Shown here one piece after another: positions 38,288 to 38,907 of a DNA stretch of 38,907 nucleotides. Source of the stretch: Candidatus Eiseniibacteriota bacterium (GTDB lineage Bacteria; Eisenbacteria; RBG-16-71-46; DASYSL01); the NCBI GenBank assembly GCA_046598045.1, contig JBKJJJ010000024.1, positions 1 to 38,907 of the forward strand. Reading direction: 5' to 3'. Within the stretch, counting starts at the first letter, position 1. Each line of letters opens with the position of its first letter. The translations under genes and the position numbers were made by a program. The notes beneath the pieces are model-generated. The model was not told where the DNA came from and did no database searches. It worked only from the letters and a program-made list of their open reading frames with translations.

Positions 38288-38907
38288 TCGCGCTCCTCCT
38301 TCTCCCCGTCGTCCGCCGAAAGCTCTTCACCGGCCGCAGGCGGCGTGCCCAGGTGCAGCGGCACGACATCGGGGTCGAATTCCTCGGCAATTTCCACGGC
38401 TTCGGGCGGCGGACCGAAGTCCTCGGCCGGCGCGGCGGCGCTCTCGGGATGCTCGAGCGATGCCACGGCCTGCGCCGCCTCGTCCTTCTCCATCTCGGGC
38501 GTGAAGCCGACCTCGGCCGGCGCCTCGGGCCGGTGCGTCGCCTGCGCGTAGAGCGCGACGGCGTAGACCTGCTCGGCGGTCTTCTCGCTCACGCCCGGGA
38601 TCGCGAGCAGCGCCTCGAGCGGCATGTCGATCAGCTCCTGCACGGTTTCGATGCCGGCCTGCACGAGCTTCTCCTTGAGGCGCGGACCGAGGCCCTCGAC
38701 GGTCTCGATGTCGATGCGCTGGGCCTTCGACACCGCGCTGCGTTTGACGTCCTCGGTGCGCGAGATCAGGTCGATGCGCCAGCCGGTCAGCTTGGCCGCC
38801 AGGCGGGCGTTCTGCCCGCCCTTGCCGATCGCGAGCGAGAGCTGGTCGTCGGCCACCACCACCTGCATGCGGCTCTCCGACTCCTGCACGCGCACGTCGA
38901 GCACCTT
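38284..38907 (-). CDS. nusA: Transcription termination factor NusA, 5' part outside window
   Basis: [28 protein letters not shown] motif, HhH-like repeats, acidic tail; directly upstream of infB. Confidence 0.95.

Overview
High-GC bacterial chromosomal window with genes mostly on the minus strand. A FlgD/T9SS-like C-terminal sorting domain suggests an FCB-group organism such as Ca. Eisenbacteria (inference). The right third is the conserved housekeeping block nusA(partial)-infB-DUF503-rbfA-truB-ribF-rpsO-pnp-M16 peptidase. The middle holds a secreted choice-of-anchor-C/DUF642 protein coupled to a Cys/His-containing outer-membrane barrel-like protein, a plus-strand LL-DAP-aminotransferase-like gene, DUF3108 and a GSU2086-like conserved protein. 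The left ~23.6 kb is a Wzx/Wza/Wzc-type surface-polysaccharide locus that runs off the left edge. It encodes an OPX, a co-polymerase, a degenerate CpsD kinase, a polymerase-beta-type nucleotidyltransferase, an AlkP-family enzyme, two flippases, a UPF0104 protein, an inverted epimerase/aminotransferase pair, a large GT-C-like membrane protein, GT4 enzymes, an AsnB-type amidotransferase, a CapK-like ligase and a bi-domain oxidoreductase. The most notable signals are: (1) the 470-bp leader of the polysaccharide operon, with a perfect sigma54 motif, nested inverted repeats around a sigma70-like promoter, alternative stems and an intrinsic terminator before wza; (2) the NTase/phosphodiesterase/flippase module; (3) catalytic-lysine substitutions in two enzymes; (4) a CTG start for truB. 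No rRNA, tRNA, CRISPR array or mobile element was seen. All calls are from motif reading, with no database searches.
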